The notes under the pieces were generated by a model, which had not been told where the DNA came from, searched no databases, and saw only the letters and a program-made list of their open reading frames with translations. From positions 20,956,001-21,020,000 of the forward strand of contig OZ024760.1 of assembly GCA_964016885.1 (NCBI GenBank): a stretch of DNA of 64,000 nucleotides. Reading direction: 5' to 3'. This document shows positions 40,477 to 53,084 of the stretch, piece by piece. Every line of letters starts with the position of its first letter. Position 1 is the stretch's first letter. The translations under genes and the position numbers were made by a program. The stretch is from Eledone cirrhosa. Its lineage: Eukaryota.

Positions 40477-41160
40477 GTGTGACACTTTGGCCGTCTTTTA
40501 CTGTAGCCTTAAGTTGCCCACTTATTCCTGAGAGGGTCGTGGGGGCAGAGTCCCCAAATACTCCTACCAGCAGGTCCTGTCAGAAGCAACTGTCTCCAAT
40601 TGATCCTACTGGATCCCCAAACACGACCAGCCAAGCTCGTGGATGTTACCCAACCATCTTGCTTGGGGTCTACCCCTGGGTCTCTGGCAAGTAGGTATTG
40701 CCTGTAAAATCTATCCAGCGATTCTTTCCTGAGACATTCTAAACACCTGTCTGTAATATCTGAGATGTGATCTCTCAATTTGAAGAAGTAGCAGCTCTAC
40801 CTGGAGCAACTCTCTGAGCTATGCACTCTATCAAGTAACATTACTCCAAAGACTGTTGGTATGTGTCTGTGTGTTGGTATGTGTGTGTGTGTTGGTATGT
40901 GTGTAAGAAGCAACTGTCTCCAATTGATCCTACTGGATCCCCAAACACGACCAGCCAAGCTCGTGGATGTTACCCAACCATCTTGCTTGGGGTCTATCCA
41001 GCGATTCTTTCTCGAGACATTCTAACCACATGTCTGTAATATCCGAGATGTGATCTCTCAATTTGGAGAAGTAGCAGCTCTACCTGGAGCAACTCTCTGA
41101 GCTATGCACTCTATCAAGTAACATTACTCCAAAGACCCTTTGGAGGAAACTCATTTTGGC
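40477..41160 (-). mobile_element. Decayed 3' end of a second RTE family (Rex3/Expander-like), partly duplicated (40906-41135)
   Basis: Manual translation across stops and frameshifts: LQVE.LLLQIERSHLRYYRQVFRMSQERIAG*ILQAIPTCQRPRGRPQARW...LGW..LGI...LETVASDRTCW...L.TLPPRP. Confidence 0.8.
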
Positions 41161-41501
41161 TGCTTGTATTCACACTCATATCCTTTTGGTCATTCATTAC
41201 TCAAGATTCATGACTAATGTCTTTCAGTAAAATTTGGTAGACAGAAACTGCATGGAAGCTCGCTGTAAATCATCATCATCATCATAATTTTACATGTTTT
41301 TCTATGCTGCCATATCTACAGCTGCATGCCCTTCCTAACATTAACCACATTGTAAAGTGTACTGGGTGAATTTATACCATGGTAACTACACTAACAGATT
41401 AGAGTGTACTGAGTTTCTTTTATTGCATGGTATTTCATATGATATGTATATATACAATATACACTATAGTTGGGTATATTGGTATATCATGTGAGATATA
41501 T

Positions 41502-41815
41502 ATCATCATCATTTCATCATCATTTCATTTTACGTCCGCTTTTCCCTGCTTGCAAGGGTGGAACGGGAACTGATTCTGGCTTGATTTCTACAGCTGGATG
41601 CCCTTCCTAACACCAACCTCATTTACAGTGAGTGCTGGGTGCTTTTTTTCCATGGCACCTCCACGACCACTTTGCAGTGGAATGGTAGGGACCCCAGTCC
41701 CTATCATCTCATTTCTACAACTGAGTGAACTGGAGCAATGTGAAATAAAGTGTCTTGCTCAAAGAAACAACACATCACCCGGTCTGAGAATTGAACTCAC
41801 AACCTTTCGATTGCA
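41502..41815 (-). mobile_element. SINE family A, 5'-truncated
   Basis: Sequence match to other copies. Confidence 0.88.
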
Positions 41816-42102
41816 AAACATATATATATATATATATATGGGATAACAAGTTATCGTTATAGGTAATCCAGTTAGAGGTTGTGAGTACTCTGCGTTGTGG
41901 ATAGTTTTAACGTACGGCTTTGTTTGACTCAACAAGAGATTTCCATAGTTAGGCAGCGAGTTCATGAGAATTCCTATGCAGGGTATACTTGGAGTAATAA
42001 TAGTGAAAGATTGAAGAATAACATGATTAGCTGTACAACAAGAGGCTTTTTTTCAAATAAAGCCCCTTGTTGTACAGCCGACCATGTTACTTTTCAATCA
42101 TA

Positions 42103-42449
42103 TGTGTGTGTGTGTGTGTGTGTGTCTGTGTGTGTCTGTGTGTGTCTGTGTGTGTCTGTGTGTGTCTGTGTGTGTCTGTGTGTGTCTGTGTGTGCCTGTG
42201 TGTGCCTGTGTGTGCCTGTGTGTGCCTGTGTGTGCCTGTGTGTGCCTGTGTGTGCCTGTGTGTGCCTGTGTGTGCCTGTGTGTGCCTGTGTGTGCCTGTG
42301 TGTGCCTGTGTGTGCCTGTGTGTGCCTGTGTGTGCCTGTGTGTGCCTGTGTGTGCCTGTGTGTGCCTGTGTGTGCCTGTGTGTGCCTGTGTGTGCCTGTG
42401 TGTGCCTGTGTGTGTCTGTGTGTGTCTGTGTGTGTCTGTGTGTGTGTGT
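42103..42449. repeat. 10-bp minisatellite (tgtg(c/t)ctgtg)
   Basis: Visible; T-variant units at both edges and C-variant units in the centre. Confidence 0.97.
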
Positions 42450-43493
42450 AGCATATATATATGTTATAAATGAGAGTGTATATGTAAATGTCTTCCAAAG
42501 GCTCCGAAACAATACATCCTAGAGAAAAAAGGTTTCCATTCTTGAAATCTGTGTCCCAAGGAGAATGTTTTAGGGTTGTTTATCAAAATATGTAATTGTT
42601 AAGAGATATAAATCAACTTCAAGATCACCAATATCGAATATCATTAGAATCCACAACTGTCAGAATACCTCTCTCTATATATCTATCTATCTGTCTCTCT
42701 GTATTTTATGCTTTTCTCTTCTTTACTACACTCCCTCACTCTCTTCCTATATCTTCTATGGTGATGGTGGTGGCAGTAGTGGTGTTAATAGTAGTGTAGT
42801 AGTAGTAGTAGTAGTAGTAGTAGTAATAGTAATAGTAGTAGTAGTAGCATTAGTAGTAAAATGATAGGAGGCTGGACAGGTGAAATTCCGGACATGATTC
42901 AACATCAAAGATGGATGAGTTGCATAACGTTGAGTGCTTTTCCTACTATTACATCATGGTTAACTATACCGAATGACCAGTTCTATCCAGTGGTAGAACA
43001 CTAAACTTAAATGAATACACACACACACACACGCAGATCAGACAGGTATATTGGTATTTAATTTGATATATACACAATATACACTATTCTTTACCAGCTT
43101 GGTTTCCTCCCCAATTCCACCTTTACCTTTGGCTAATTATCCTCCTCGGGGAGCCAAATACCCACCCTGTTAGAGAATCACAGTACCAACAATAAAATAA
43201 GAACGCCACCAGCTCTAATACACCTGTTATACACTTCTCTCACCTGAATATCACTAACAAAGACACCTTGTTACTCTAGCTCAAAGTCTCCCAGCCTTCC
43301 TTCTTCACAACAGGTGCTGTAGTTCTCATATGTAAGCAGCAGCAGTAGTGTACATTGTTAATAAGTTCTATTAGCTCACACTGTTGAGATTCAATTAAAA
43401 TGCAAGTAAGTGACTGAGCATTCCACAGACCATGACGCTTCTGTTACTATAGTTCTAGTGAAAGACACTGCCCATGGTTTTTGAAATCATTTT

Positions 43494-43722
43494 TTAACCC
43501 TTTAATGTTCAAACCGGCTAAAACCGGCCAGCATTCTCTACCTCTTTCTGTTGAAACTGGCTGTAACTGGTCGCTCATACTGATGTTAAGGTATTATTCT
43601 CAAAATAAATACTTTCAAAATCTCATAGATTCGATATTATGTGAGATATTATGTGAGGTAAAGCCTTTACCATGAAAATATAATAGTATATATAAAATAA
43701 TGTGGGCTGCTTAAAGGGTTAA
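43494..43722 (+). mobile_element. piggyBac-like MITE family 2, nested at a TTAA in a family-1 MITE
   Basis: TTAA-CCCTTTAA ... TTAAAGGG-TTAA; the host sequence gaaatcattt|ataatcaagaattt is split around it. Confidence 0.8.
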
Positions 43723-43989
43723 ATAATCAAGAATTTGGAAGGATTTAGTAATATATCATCATCATCATCATCATCATCGTTTAACGTCCATGTTCCACGC
43801 TTGCATGGGTTTGGACGGGAGTTTTCCCACTTGAGGCAAGAGTGGTTGTCTTGCTCGCATAGGACTGTCTGGCGGGTTTTCTACAGCTGGATGCCCTTCC
43901 TAACACCAACCACATTTACAGTGTGGGGCTGGGAGGTTTTTACCGTGTTGCCTACACGGCCACATTACAGCGTGGACTGTCTGGCGATA

Positions 43990-44331
43990 TATCTAGTCGT
44001 GAATCTACATTCTACCTAACTAAAATCAAGACACCTTTGAGATCACAAATGGCGGATGCCCATCTAGAGGCTCAGTTGAAACTTCAAACCTCCATGTTGC
44101 AACCAAATATCAAAATGTTTTCTTACAAGCAGCCACAACAAAGTCGTTAAAAGGTAGTTAGCTTTAAGACTAAGTATTTTTCATTTTTTAGATAATTAGT
44201 ACACAGGAAAAAGATTTTTACAAAATAATGTAGATTTTAAAAATATATAATTATGTTTTCTTGAATGCAGCTTTATTATATTACAAGTAACTTAATATAG
44301 TCTTTCAACATAAAAAGGTTCAACACCTCTG
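43990..44331 (+). mobile_element. hAT (Charlie/SPIN-like) transposon 3' remnant
   Basis: ESTFYLTKIKTPLRSQMADAHLEAQLKLQTSMLQPNIK...KQPQQSR* resembles the hAT dimerisation C-terminus (CE..FS.M...K...RS.L.D.HL...L......P.I......KQ.Q.SH); ends in TIR-like aaaaaggttcaacacctctg. Confidence 0.75.
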
Positions 44332-44624
44332 CCATAAGAATGAGGTATTTGAGGGATGGGTTGGAATGGGGTACAGGGTGGTTCAGTGTCTTAGGTGGGT
44401 TGGTATGAAAGGAGTATGAGTGAATCTATGTCACTGGAGGTGGTTTAGGGGTAAGTTGGTATGAAAGGGGTGAGTGGTTCAGTGTTTAAGGGCAGGTTGA
44501 TAAGAAAAAGGGGTTAACAAGACAAGTGTTTGTGGAACATAATAATACAGTTCAGTAAATAAAAAGTTGTTTCTAAATATTGCCAAAACTAAGAGGGTAT
44601 ATTTACTGTTTATTCAGATTTCTA

Positions 44625-45385
44625 AACACATACACACACATGTAAATACACACATGTAAATACATGCACATACACACATAAATACACACACATAAATACA
44701 CACACGTAAACACACATGTAAATACATGCACAAACACACACACGTGTAAATACACACATATGTAAATGCATGCATAAAAACACACATACACACACGTGTA
44801 AATACACACGTGTAAACACACACATGTCAATACAGACAAGTGACATGTAAACACACAAACATTTACATGTAAATACACACACACAGACATATTGACACAT
44901 GTAAACACACAAACATGTAAATACACAAACAACATACAAACATACACAAATACAGTCACACACGTATAAAAATACACACAAATGGGAACACACACACACT
45001 CATGTAAACACACACACACATATAAACACATACACACACACACTCATGTAAACACACATGCACACACACATGTAAACACTCATTAAACACACACTCATGT
45101 AAACACACACACACACACACACACATGTAAACTCATACTCATGTAAACACACACACACATGTAAACACACACACACTCATGTAAACACACACACACATGT
45201 AAACATGTAAACACATACTCATGTAAACACACACACACACACATGTAAACACACACACATGTAAACATACTCATGTAAACACACACACACACATGTAAAC
45301 ACACACACACATGTAAACACACACACACACATGTAAACACACACACACACACACACATGTAAACACACACACACACATGTAAACA
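44625..45385. repeat. CA-rich minisatellite (acacacatgtaa)
   Basis: Visible. Confidence 0.93.
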
Positions 45386-45529
45386 GTTGCAGTAAGTTGT
45401 GTGAAAATAGAAGCAGTAGTAGAGAGTTGATGATGAAGAAATGTTTACACTGAATGCCTGCCATATTTAGCATTTCATACTATGGCTCAGAGTGGAGGAA
45501 GTACATGGCCTAGTGGTGAGGGTGTTGGA

Positions 45530-46875
45530 CTTTTGATTATAACACCATGGGTTGTGTTCTTGATCATAGCATCATGGGTTGTGTTCTTGAGCAAAACACC
45601 ATGGGTTGTATTCTTGAACATAACACCATGGGTTGTATTCTTGAACATAACACCATGGGTTGTGTTCTTGAGCAAAACACCATGGGTTGTATTCTTGATC
45701 ATAACACCATGGGTTGTATTCTTGAACATAACACCATGGGTTGTGTTCTTGAACATAACACCATGGGTTGTGTTCTTGAGCAAAACACCATGGGTTGTGT
45801 TCTTGAGCAAAACACCATGGGTTGTGTTCTTGATCATAACACCATGGGTTGTGTTCTTGAACATAACACCATGGGTTGTGTTCTTGATCATAACACCATG
45901 GGTTGTGTTCTTGATCATAACACCATGGGTTGTGTTCTTGATCATAACACCATGGGTTGTGTTCTTGATCATAACACCATGGGTTGTGTTCTTGATCATA
46001 ACACCATGGGTTGTGTTCTTGATCATAACACCATGGGTTGTGTTCTTGATCATAACACCATGGGTTGTGTTCTTGATCATAACACCATGGGTTGTGTTCT
46101 TGATCATAACACCATGGGTTGTGTTCTTGATCATAACACCATGGGTTGTGTTCTTGATCATAACACCATGGGTTGTGTTCTTGATCATAACACCATGGGT
46201 TGTGTTCTTGATCATAACACCATGGGTTGTGTTCTTGATCATAACACCATGGGTTGTGTTCTTGATCATAACACCATGGGTTGTGTTCTTGAGCATAACA
46301 CCATGGGTTGTGTTCTTGATCATAACACCATGGGTTGTGTTCTTGATCATAACACCATGGGTTGTGTTCTTGATCATAACACCATGGGTTGTGTTCTTGA
46401 TCATAACACCATGGGTTGTGTTCTTGATCATAACACCATGGGTTGTGTTCTTGAGCAAAACACCATGGGTTGTGTTCTTGAGCAAAACACCATGGGTTGT
46501 GTTCTTGATCATAACACCATGGGTTGTGTTCTTGATCATAACACCATGGGTTGTGTTCTTGATCATAACACCATGGGTTGTGTTCTTGATCATAACACCA
46601 TGGGTTGTGTTCTTGATCATAACACCATGGGTTGTGTTCTTGATCATAACACCATGGGTTGTGTTCTTGATCATAACACCATGGGTTGTGTTCTTGATCA
46701 TAACACCATGGGTTGTGTTCTTGATCATAACACCATGGGTTGTGTTCTTGAGCAAAACACCATCGGTTGTGTTCTTGATCATAACACCATGGGTTGTGTT
46801 CTTGAGCATAACACCATGGGTTGTGTTCTTGAGCAAAACACCATGGGTTGTGTTCTTGAGCAAAACACCATGGGT
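45530..46875. repeat. 27-bp minisatellite (cataacaccatgggttgtgttcttgat), about 49 copies, inside a family-C SINE (45494-47070)
   Basis: The SINE head precedes the array and the CORE/3' domain follows it. Confidence 0.97.
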
Positions 46876-47094
46876 TGTGTTCTTGAGCAAAACACTTCAT
46901 TTCATGTTGCTCCAGTGTCCTCAGTTGAAAATGAGTACCAGCAATAGTGAGTGGTTTAACCCTGCGATGTATTGGTGTCCTGTCAAGGGGAGGGGGGGGG
47001 GGGTGATGTCATGGAAACCGGGATAAGTACCGGCCTGATGAGCCTCCAGGCTTGAGACAGGCTTTAGACTATGGCTCAGACAGAGGACTTAACT

Positions 47095-47740
47095 TTAACC
47101 CTTTACCATTTACATTACTCTATATTTACTATTGTATTTTTGCAATAAAGACTTTATCTCATAATTATCTCACATAATATCGAATCTATGAGATTTTGAT
47201 ATTATTTATTTTGAGAACAATACCTTGACATCAGTATGAGCAGCCAGTTATGGCCGGTTTGAACAGAAAGAGGTGAGAGAATTCTGGTCAGATATGACTG
47301 GTTTAAATGCTAAAGGGTTAACAAAGCAGCTCACCTCTAAAGTAATATAGTATAGCAATTGTTTAACCCTTTAGCATTCACATTAGGGTCGGACGCCATG
47401 CTTTCCAGCATAGTTATGTCCCTTTACGATCTGAGTTCAAATCCCGCCAAGGTTGACTTTGCCTTTCATCCTTATAGGGTCGATAAAATAAAGTACCAGT
47501 AATGCACTGGTAATTGCTGGCCTTGTGCCTAAAGTAGAAACAATTATTTTATACATACTATTATATTTTCACGGTTAAGGCTCTACCTCACATAATTATC
47601 TCACATAATATCGAATCTATGAGATTTTGAAAGTATTTATTTTGAGAACAATACCTTAACATCAGTTTGAGCGACCAGTTACAGCCAGATTCAATAGAAA
47701 GAGGTAGAGAATTCTGGCCGCTTTGAACATTAAAGGGTTA
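47095..47740 (-). mobile_element. Two family-2 piggyBac-like MITEs (47095-47321, 47363-47740); the second carries a SINE B insert (47386-47547)
   Basis: ttaacccttta...taaagggttaa termini; bodies are the reverse complement of 43494-43722. Confidence 0.78.
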
Positions 47741-48248
47741 GGAAACCACCACCAGTGTTCCACATGTTTGGTCAACTGAGCTACCTACCTGCTTATTGTG
47801 TGAGAGGCTGAGTATTCCACAGACACTTATGATGTAATACCTCAGTAACACAACATCGCCCAGTTGAATTACCGGTACAGTCCATATTGTATTTTAGTCT
47901 AAGCAGCTGAGTATTCCACAGACATTTCTACTTGCAATGCCTCAGACAAATCCAGCACAGACTTATAAAACGATGTGGCAAAGCTGATCCCTTGAATTAC
48001 TGCCAAGTTTTTATCCAATGGTCTTTTGTACAGTCTCAGTGGACTAGTGACAATGTGCGACAACACAATGTGTCACACCTTAAAAAATACATTTTTGGGG
48101 CTGGGGTGAATGTCAGTAGGGGGGGGGTAGGGGTGTCTGGTGTAGTGGGTTGGGGACAAGGGGCTGTCGAGGGAGAGGGGTGTGTGTCGAGGGCAAATGG
48201 GTATCGAGTGAGAGGGTTGTCAGGGGTAGTCAGAGGTGTGCATCAGAG

Positions 48249-49870
48249 GTGTTTGTGTCAGTGGAGTGGTGTACTGGAGGAGGTGTTTGTGTCAGTGGAG
48301 TGGTGTATTGGAGGAGGTGTTTGTGTCAGTGGAGTGGTGTATTGGAGGAGGTGTTTGTGTCAGTGCTGTACTGGAGGAGGTGTTTGTGTCAGTGCAGTGG
48401 TGTATTGGAGACGGTGTTTGTGTCAGTGGAGTGGTGTATTGGAGGAGGTGTTTGTGTCAGTGCAGTGGTGTATTGGAGACGGTGTTTGTGTCAGTGCAGT
48501 GGTGTATTGGAGACGGTGTTTGTGTCAGTGCAGTGGTGTATTGGAGACGGTGTTTGTGTCAGTGCAGTGGTGTATTGGAGGAGATGTTTGTGTCAGTGGA
48601 GTGATGTATTGGAGGAGATGTTTGTGTCAGTGGAGTGGTGTTTTGGAGTAGATGTTTGTGTCAGTGGAGTGGTGTATTGGAAACGGTGTTTGTGTCAGTG
48701 CAGTGGTGTATTGGAGACGGTGTTTGTGTCAGTGGAGTGGTGTATTGGAGGAGATGTTTGTGTCAGTGCAGTGGTGTATTGGAGACGGTGTTTGTGTCAG
48801 TGGAGTGGTGTATTGGAGGAGGTGTTTGTGTCAGTGGAGTGGTGTATTGGAGACGGTGTTTGTGTCAGTGGAGTGGTGTATTGGAGACGGTGTTTGTGTC
48901 AGTGGAGTGGTGTATTGGAGGAGGTGTTTGTGTCAGTGGAGTGGTGTATTGGAGGAGGTGTTTGTGTCAGTGGAGTGGTGTATTGGAGGAGGTGTTTGTG
49001 TCAGTGGAGTGGTGTATTGGAGGAGGTGTTTGTGTCAGTGGAGTGGTGTATTGGAGGAGGTGTTTGTGTCAGTGGAGTGGTGTATTGGAGACGGTGTTTG
49101 TGTCAGTGCAGTGGTGTTTTGGAGTAGATGTTTGTGTCAGTGGAGGAGATGTTTGTGTCAGTGGAGTGATGTATTGGAGGAGGTGTTTGTGTCAGTGGAG
49201 TGGTGTATTGGAGACGGTGTTTGTGTCAGTGCAGTGGTGTTTTGGAGTAGATGTTTGTGTCAGTGGAGGAGATGTTTGTGTCAGTGGAGTGATGTATTGG
49301 AGGAGGTGTTTGTGTCAGTGGAGTGGTGTATTGGAGACGGTGTTTGTGTCAGTGCAGTGGTGTTTTGGAGTAGATGTTTGTGTCAGTGGAGGAGATGTTT
49401 GTGTCAGTGGAGTGATGTATTGGAGGAGGTGTTTGTGTCAGTGGAGTGGTGTATTGGAGACGGTGTTTGTGTCAGTGCAGTGGTGTTTTGGAGTAGATGT
49501 TTGTGTCAGTGGAGGAGATGTTTGTGTCAGTGGAGTGATGTATTGGAGGAGGTGTTTGTGTCAGTGGAGTGGTGTATTGGAGACGGTGTTTGTGTCAGTG
49601 CAGTGGTGTTTTGGAGGAGATGTTTGTGTCAGTGCAGTGGTGTATTGGAGGAGATGTTTGTGTCAGTGCAGTGGTGTTTTGGAGTAGATGTTTGTGTCAG
49701 TGGAGGAGATGTTTGTGTCAGTGGAGTGATGTATTGGAGGAGGTGTTTGTGTAAGTGGAGTGGTGTATTGGAGGAGGTGTTTGTGTCAGTGGAGGAGATG
49801 TTTGTGTCAGTGGAGTGATGTATTGGAGGAGGTGTTTGTGTAAGTGGAGTGATGTATTGGAGGAGGTGTA
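48249..49870. repeat. 34-bp minisatellite, turning into a 122-bp higher-order repeat after about 49110
   Basis: gtgtttgtgtcagtggagtggtgtattggaggag units; a truncated 20-bp unit recurs every 122 bp. Confidence 0.95.
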
Positions 49871-50335
49871 CAGTAGTGTAATCTAAAGGTTGAAAACCCT
49901 AAAAATATGTTTTATTTAGCAGGTGTTGTAGTCTCCTCAAATTACAGCAACAGTCATCAACAATATTGAACACTATTTCGCTTTCTATTTATATCATGAT
50001 TGATTCAGCAAAATCTCGCTTCCTAAATACACACTGATAAAATTATTTACATATAACTAAATATTGATTTCAGCTTAGCACAGCTCTGATATATACATGT
50101 GTGTGTGTGTGTGTGTGTGGGGGGGGGTTATATAAACATACATACATATATCATCATCATCATCATCATCGTTTAACGTCCATCTTCCACGCTACCATGG
50201 GTTAGACGCGAGTTGTGCCACTTGGGGCAAGGTTAATCGAGTGATGGTGTCTCGCTCATATAGGACTATCTGGCAGGCTTTCTACGGCTGGATGCCCTTC
50301 CTAACACCAACCACATTTACAGTGTGGATATATAT

Positions 50336-50366
<31 letters not shown>

Positions 50367-50425
50367 CACACACACATACATATATATCATCGTAAAATGA
50401 TAATGATGATGATGATGATGATGGC

Positions 50426-50751
50426 ATCATCATCATCATTTTACGTCCACTTTTCCCTGCTTGCAAGGGTGGGATGGGAACTGATTCTGGCTTGATTCCT
50501 ACAGCTGGATGCCCTTCCTAACACCAACCTCATTTACTGAGTGCTGGGTGCTTTTTTGCCGTAGCACCTCCACGACCACTTTTGATAGGGACCCCAGTCC
50601 CTATCATCTCATTTTTACAGCTGAGTAAACTGGAGCAATGTGAAATAAAGTGTCTTGCTCAAGGAAACAACACATCACCCGGTCTGAGACTTGAACTCAC
50701 AACCTTTTGATTGTAAGGCCAATGCTCTAACCATTAACCCATGTGCCTCCA
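50426..50751 (-). mobile_element. SINE family A
   Basis: Sequence match to other copies. Confidence 0.88.
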
Positions 50752-50767
50752 TATGTGTATGTATGTG

Positions 50768-50799
<32 letters not shown>

Positions 50800-51539
50800 C
50801 ATACATACATACACTTAAATACCTACATATATATATATGGTAGCTATGAATGTATCTATAGTTACAGGAGGTTCAGTTAAAACAGTCAATGTTGTTATGA
50901 GGGTCTGTAAGGCAGCTGTAGAGTTGGGGGGGTGCTATGTTGTTATGAGGGTCGGCTGTAAGGTAGCTGTAGAATGGGGGGGGGGGGTATGTTAAAAAGC
51001 TTGAGGCGACCACATTTAAAGTGAAAGTACTCAACACAACCAGGAAAGCTTTCCTGATCATTTTTCTACAGAATGAAACAGAACTAGCCCTGTAGAAGTC
51101 AATTCTAAATGAAATACACACATATATGTGAATAATACATACATATATGTGTGAAGGTGAGTGGCTTAGTGGTTAGAGTGTTGGTTTTGATTCCCAGCCC
51201 AAGCAATGTGTTCTTTATTGCAAGATGCTCCAGTTCACTCAGCTGTAGCGACATCACTGCTGCCAAACTGTATCAATATTTGTCCTTCCCTAACACCAGT
51301 GGCATGGAGAAGGGACACTGCTGGTCTTCCAAAAGACACCTTGGCCTGAAAGGGGAACTTTCTAAATACAAATCCTATGGTCAATAATGAACGAAGTGTG
51401 TGTGTGTATGTATATATATATCGTTATACTTTGGGAGGGTCATGTTGCCAATAAAAAACACATGCACGTGTTGGTTTTCACTTCAATTTATCATAAATTT
51501 ACAGTTGGTTGGTTCGATAACCAGAAGCTTGTTTATATA

Positions 51540-51597
51540 TTGTCAAACCTCTAACCTCTTTCGTCACACATTCTGTGACCTCCTCAGTGACTAGGTT
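51540..51597 (-). ncRNA. Hammerhead motif with disrupted stem III
   Basis: Minus strand: gtca-CTGAGGA-g-gtcac-agaatgt-gtgac-GAAA-gaggttagag-GTT-tgac. Confidence 0.55.
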
Positions 51598-51744
51598 TTT
51601 ATTTTGTGTCTCTCCTACACCATCTCGTTTTTGTGTGTTGTATGCTTAGTTTGTTCATGTGTTACATCCGGGCATGTGTGTGTTTAAATTAGTTTATTTA
51701 TGTGTTTATTTACTTGTCACTAGTTGGTTGCCTGGAAATCTTGT

Positions 51745-52121
51745 GTGTCCCAATAGAGGGGTCTACCTCAATGAACTGCTCAACTTTCTGAATGAAATCA
51801 ATATCTCTCGCCCTTTGTTTTCCTAGCAACCACAGAATCATCATCAAAGTTACAGTCTTCTAACTCTTCCCTCGCCTTCAGGACTGTGCATAATGGGGCT
51901 ATAAATTGTCAACAACAGCTGTTATTAATGCTGGCACAAACTGTGTACACCTCCACTTGTCCACACCTCAAGTCACTTGTATTCATGTAATCTGTTAAAT
52001 TTCACCATTTTTTGGAGCCAGCCACAATATTAAAGGAAAGCAATATCAGTTTGCATCAAAGTTTTCAAATATTTTATTTTTTTGTTTAAAAAGAGGCGCC
52101 AATATAAAATTCACACCCTAT
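51745..52121 (-). mobile_element. Probable Tc1/mariner 5' remnant
   Basis: TIR-like TA-(t)agggtgtgaattt next to (TA)n; decayed translation ..ELEDCNFDDDSVVARK../..DFIQKVEQFIEVDPS recalls mariner N-terminal HTH regions. Confidence 0.4.
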
Positions 52122-52216
52122 ATGTGTATATATATATATATATATGTAGATAAATCTACCAAGAGTTTACGGTAGTGTCCAATCCGTATGAAGAACTCAA
52201 TGTATTTTTTTTAAAA

Positions 52217-52366
52217 CATTATTTCTGAAGACGGCGTATATATGTGTTGGTATGTATATTTAATCTTGATAGTTTGTATAATTTTGTATAATTTTGTACA
52301 TAGATCTGTTGAATATGCATGCCAATTCTAACACATATATATCCTAGAAACGATCGTTAAATAATG
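52217..52366 (+). ncRNA. Type I hammerhead motif with about 115-nt extended stem II
   Basis: cattattt-CTGAAGA(52225)...tatatatgtgttgg/ctaacacatatata...GAAAC(52347)-gatc-GTT-aaataatg. Confidence 0.65.
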
Positions 52367-52438
52367 AACTTTTTTTGTTTAATATAAGGAATTGTCTCAT
52401 TGTTTATTCATTATTTGTTTAATATTTTATATATATAT

Positions 52439-52539
52439 ATACATTTAAAGTGTACGATGAACACGAAGTGTGTTTACATTGCAACAGACAAAGTTGCAAT
52501 GTAAACACACTTCGTGTTCATCGTACACTTTAAATGTAT
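52439..52539. repeat. Perfect 47-bp inverted repeat with 7-nt loop
   Basis: 52439-52485 is the exact reverse complement of 52493-52539. Confidence 0.97.
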
Positions 52540-52683
52540 TAACTGCTCGGAAGAGACCCTTCCTGGAGCTTAATTATTGTAAACGACAGAGTTTATTCTC
52601 AAAATATAATATAATATATATATATATATATATATGTAGGAGGTGAGTTTTATTGTAGTACAATAAAGCAATGCAGATATCGG

Positions 52684-52844
52684 ATGTTGATTTAAAACTG
52701 CACTATCAACAAGTGTTTTTTTAGCCTTCATATCATGTTCTCCTGTTTTATCTGATGAAAACACAAATATTATTGTTTGATGATGTTTGTTTTTGAAATG
52801 CGCATAATAAAATATATTGAACTCCTTTAACCATCTTTTGATCT

Positions 52845-52886
<42 letters not shown>

Positions 52887-53055
52887 ATATGTTGATTTAA
52901 AACTGCACTATTCACAAGTGTATTTTAACCTTCATATCATGTCTTCCTATTTTATCTGACGAAAACACAAATGTTATTGCATGATGATATTTGTTTTTGA
53001 AATGAGCATAATAAAATACATGGAACTCTTTTAACCATCTTTTGATCTTATATAT
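52684..53055 (+). ncRNA. Two tandem 204-bp units, each with a type I hammerhead motif (retrozyme-like)
   Basis: ttttat-CTGATGA(52752)..GAAAT-gcgc-ATA-ataaaa and tattttat-CTGACGA(52956)..GAAAT-gagc-ATA-ataaaata. Confidence 0.7.
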
Positions 53056-53084
53056 ATATATATATAGATACATATGTATATATA

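Noticed and set aside
45482-47026. 440-514-aa repetitive ORFs
   Set aside because: The 27-bp unit is open in four frames on both strands and lies inside a SINE.
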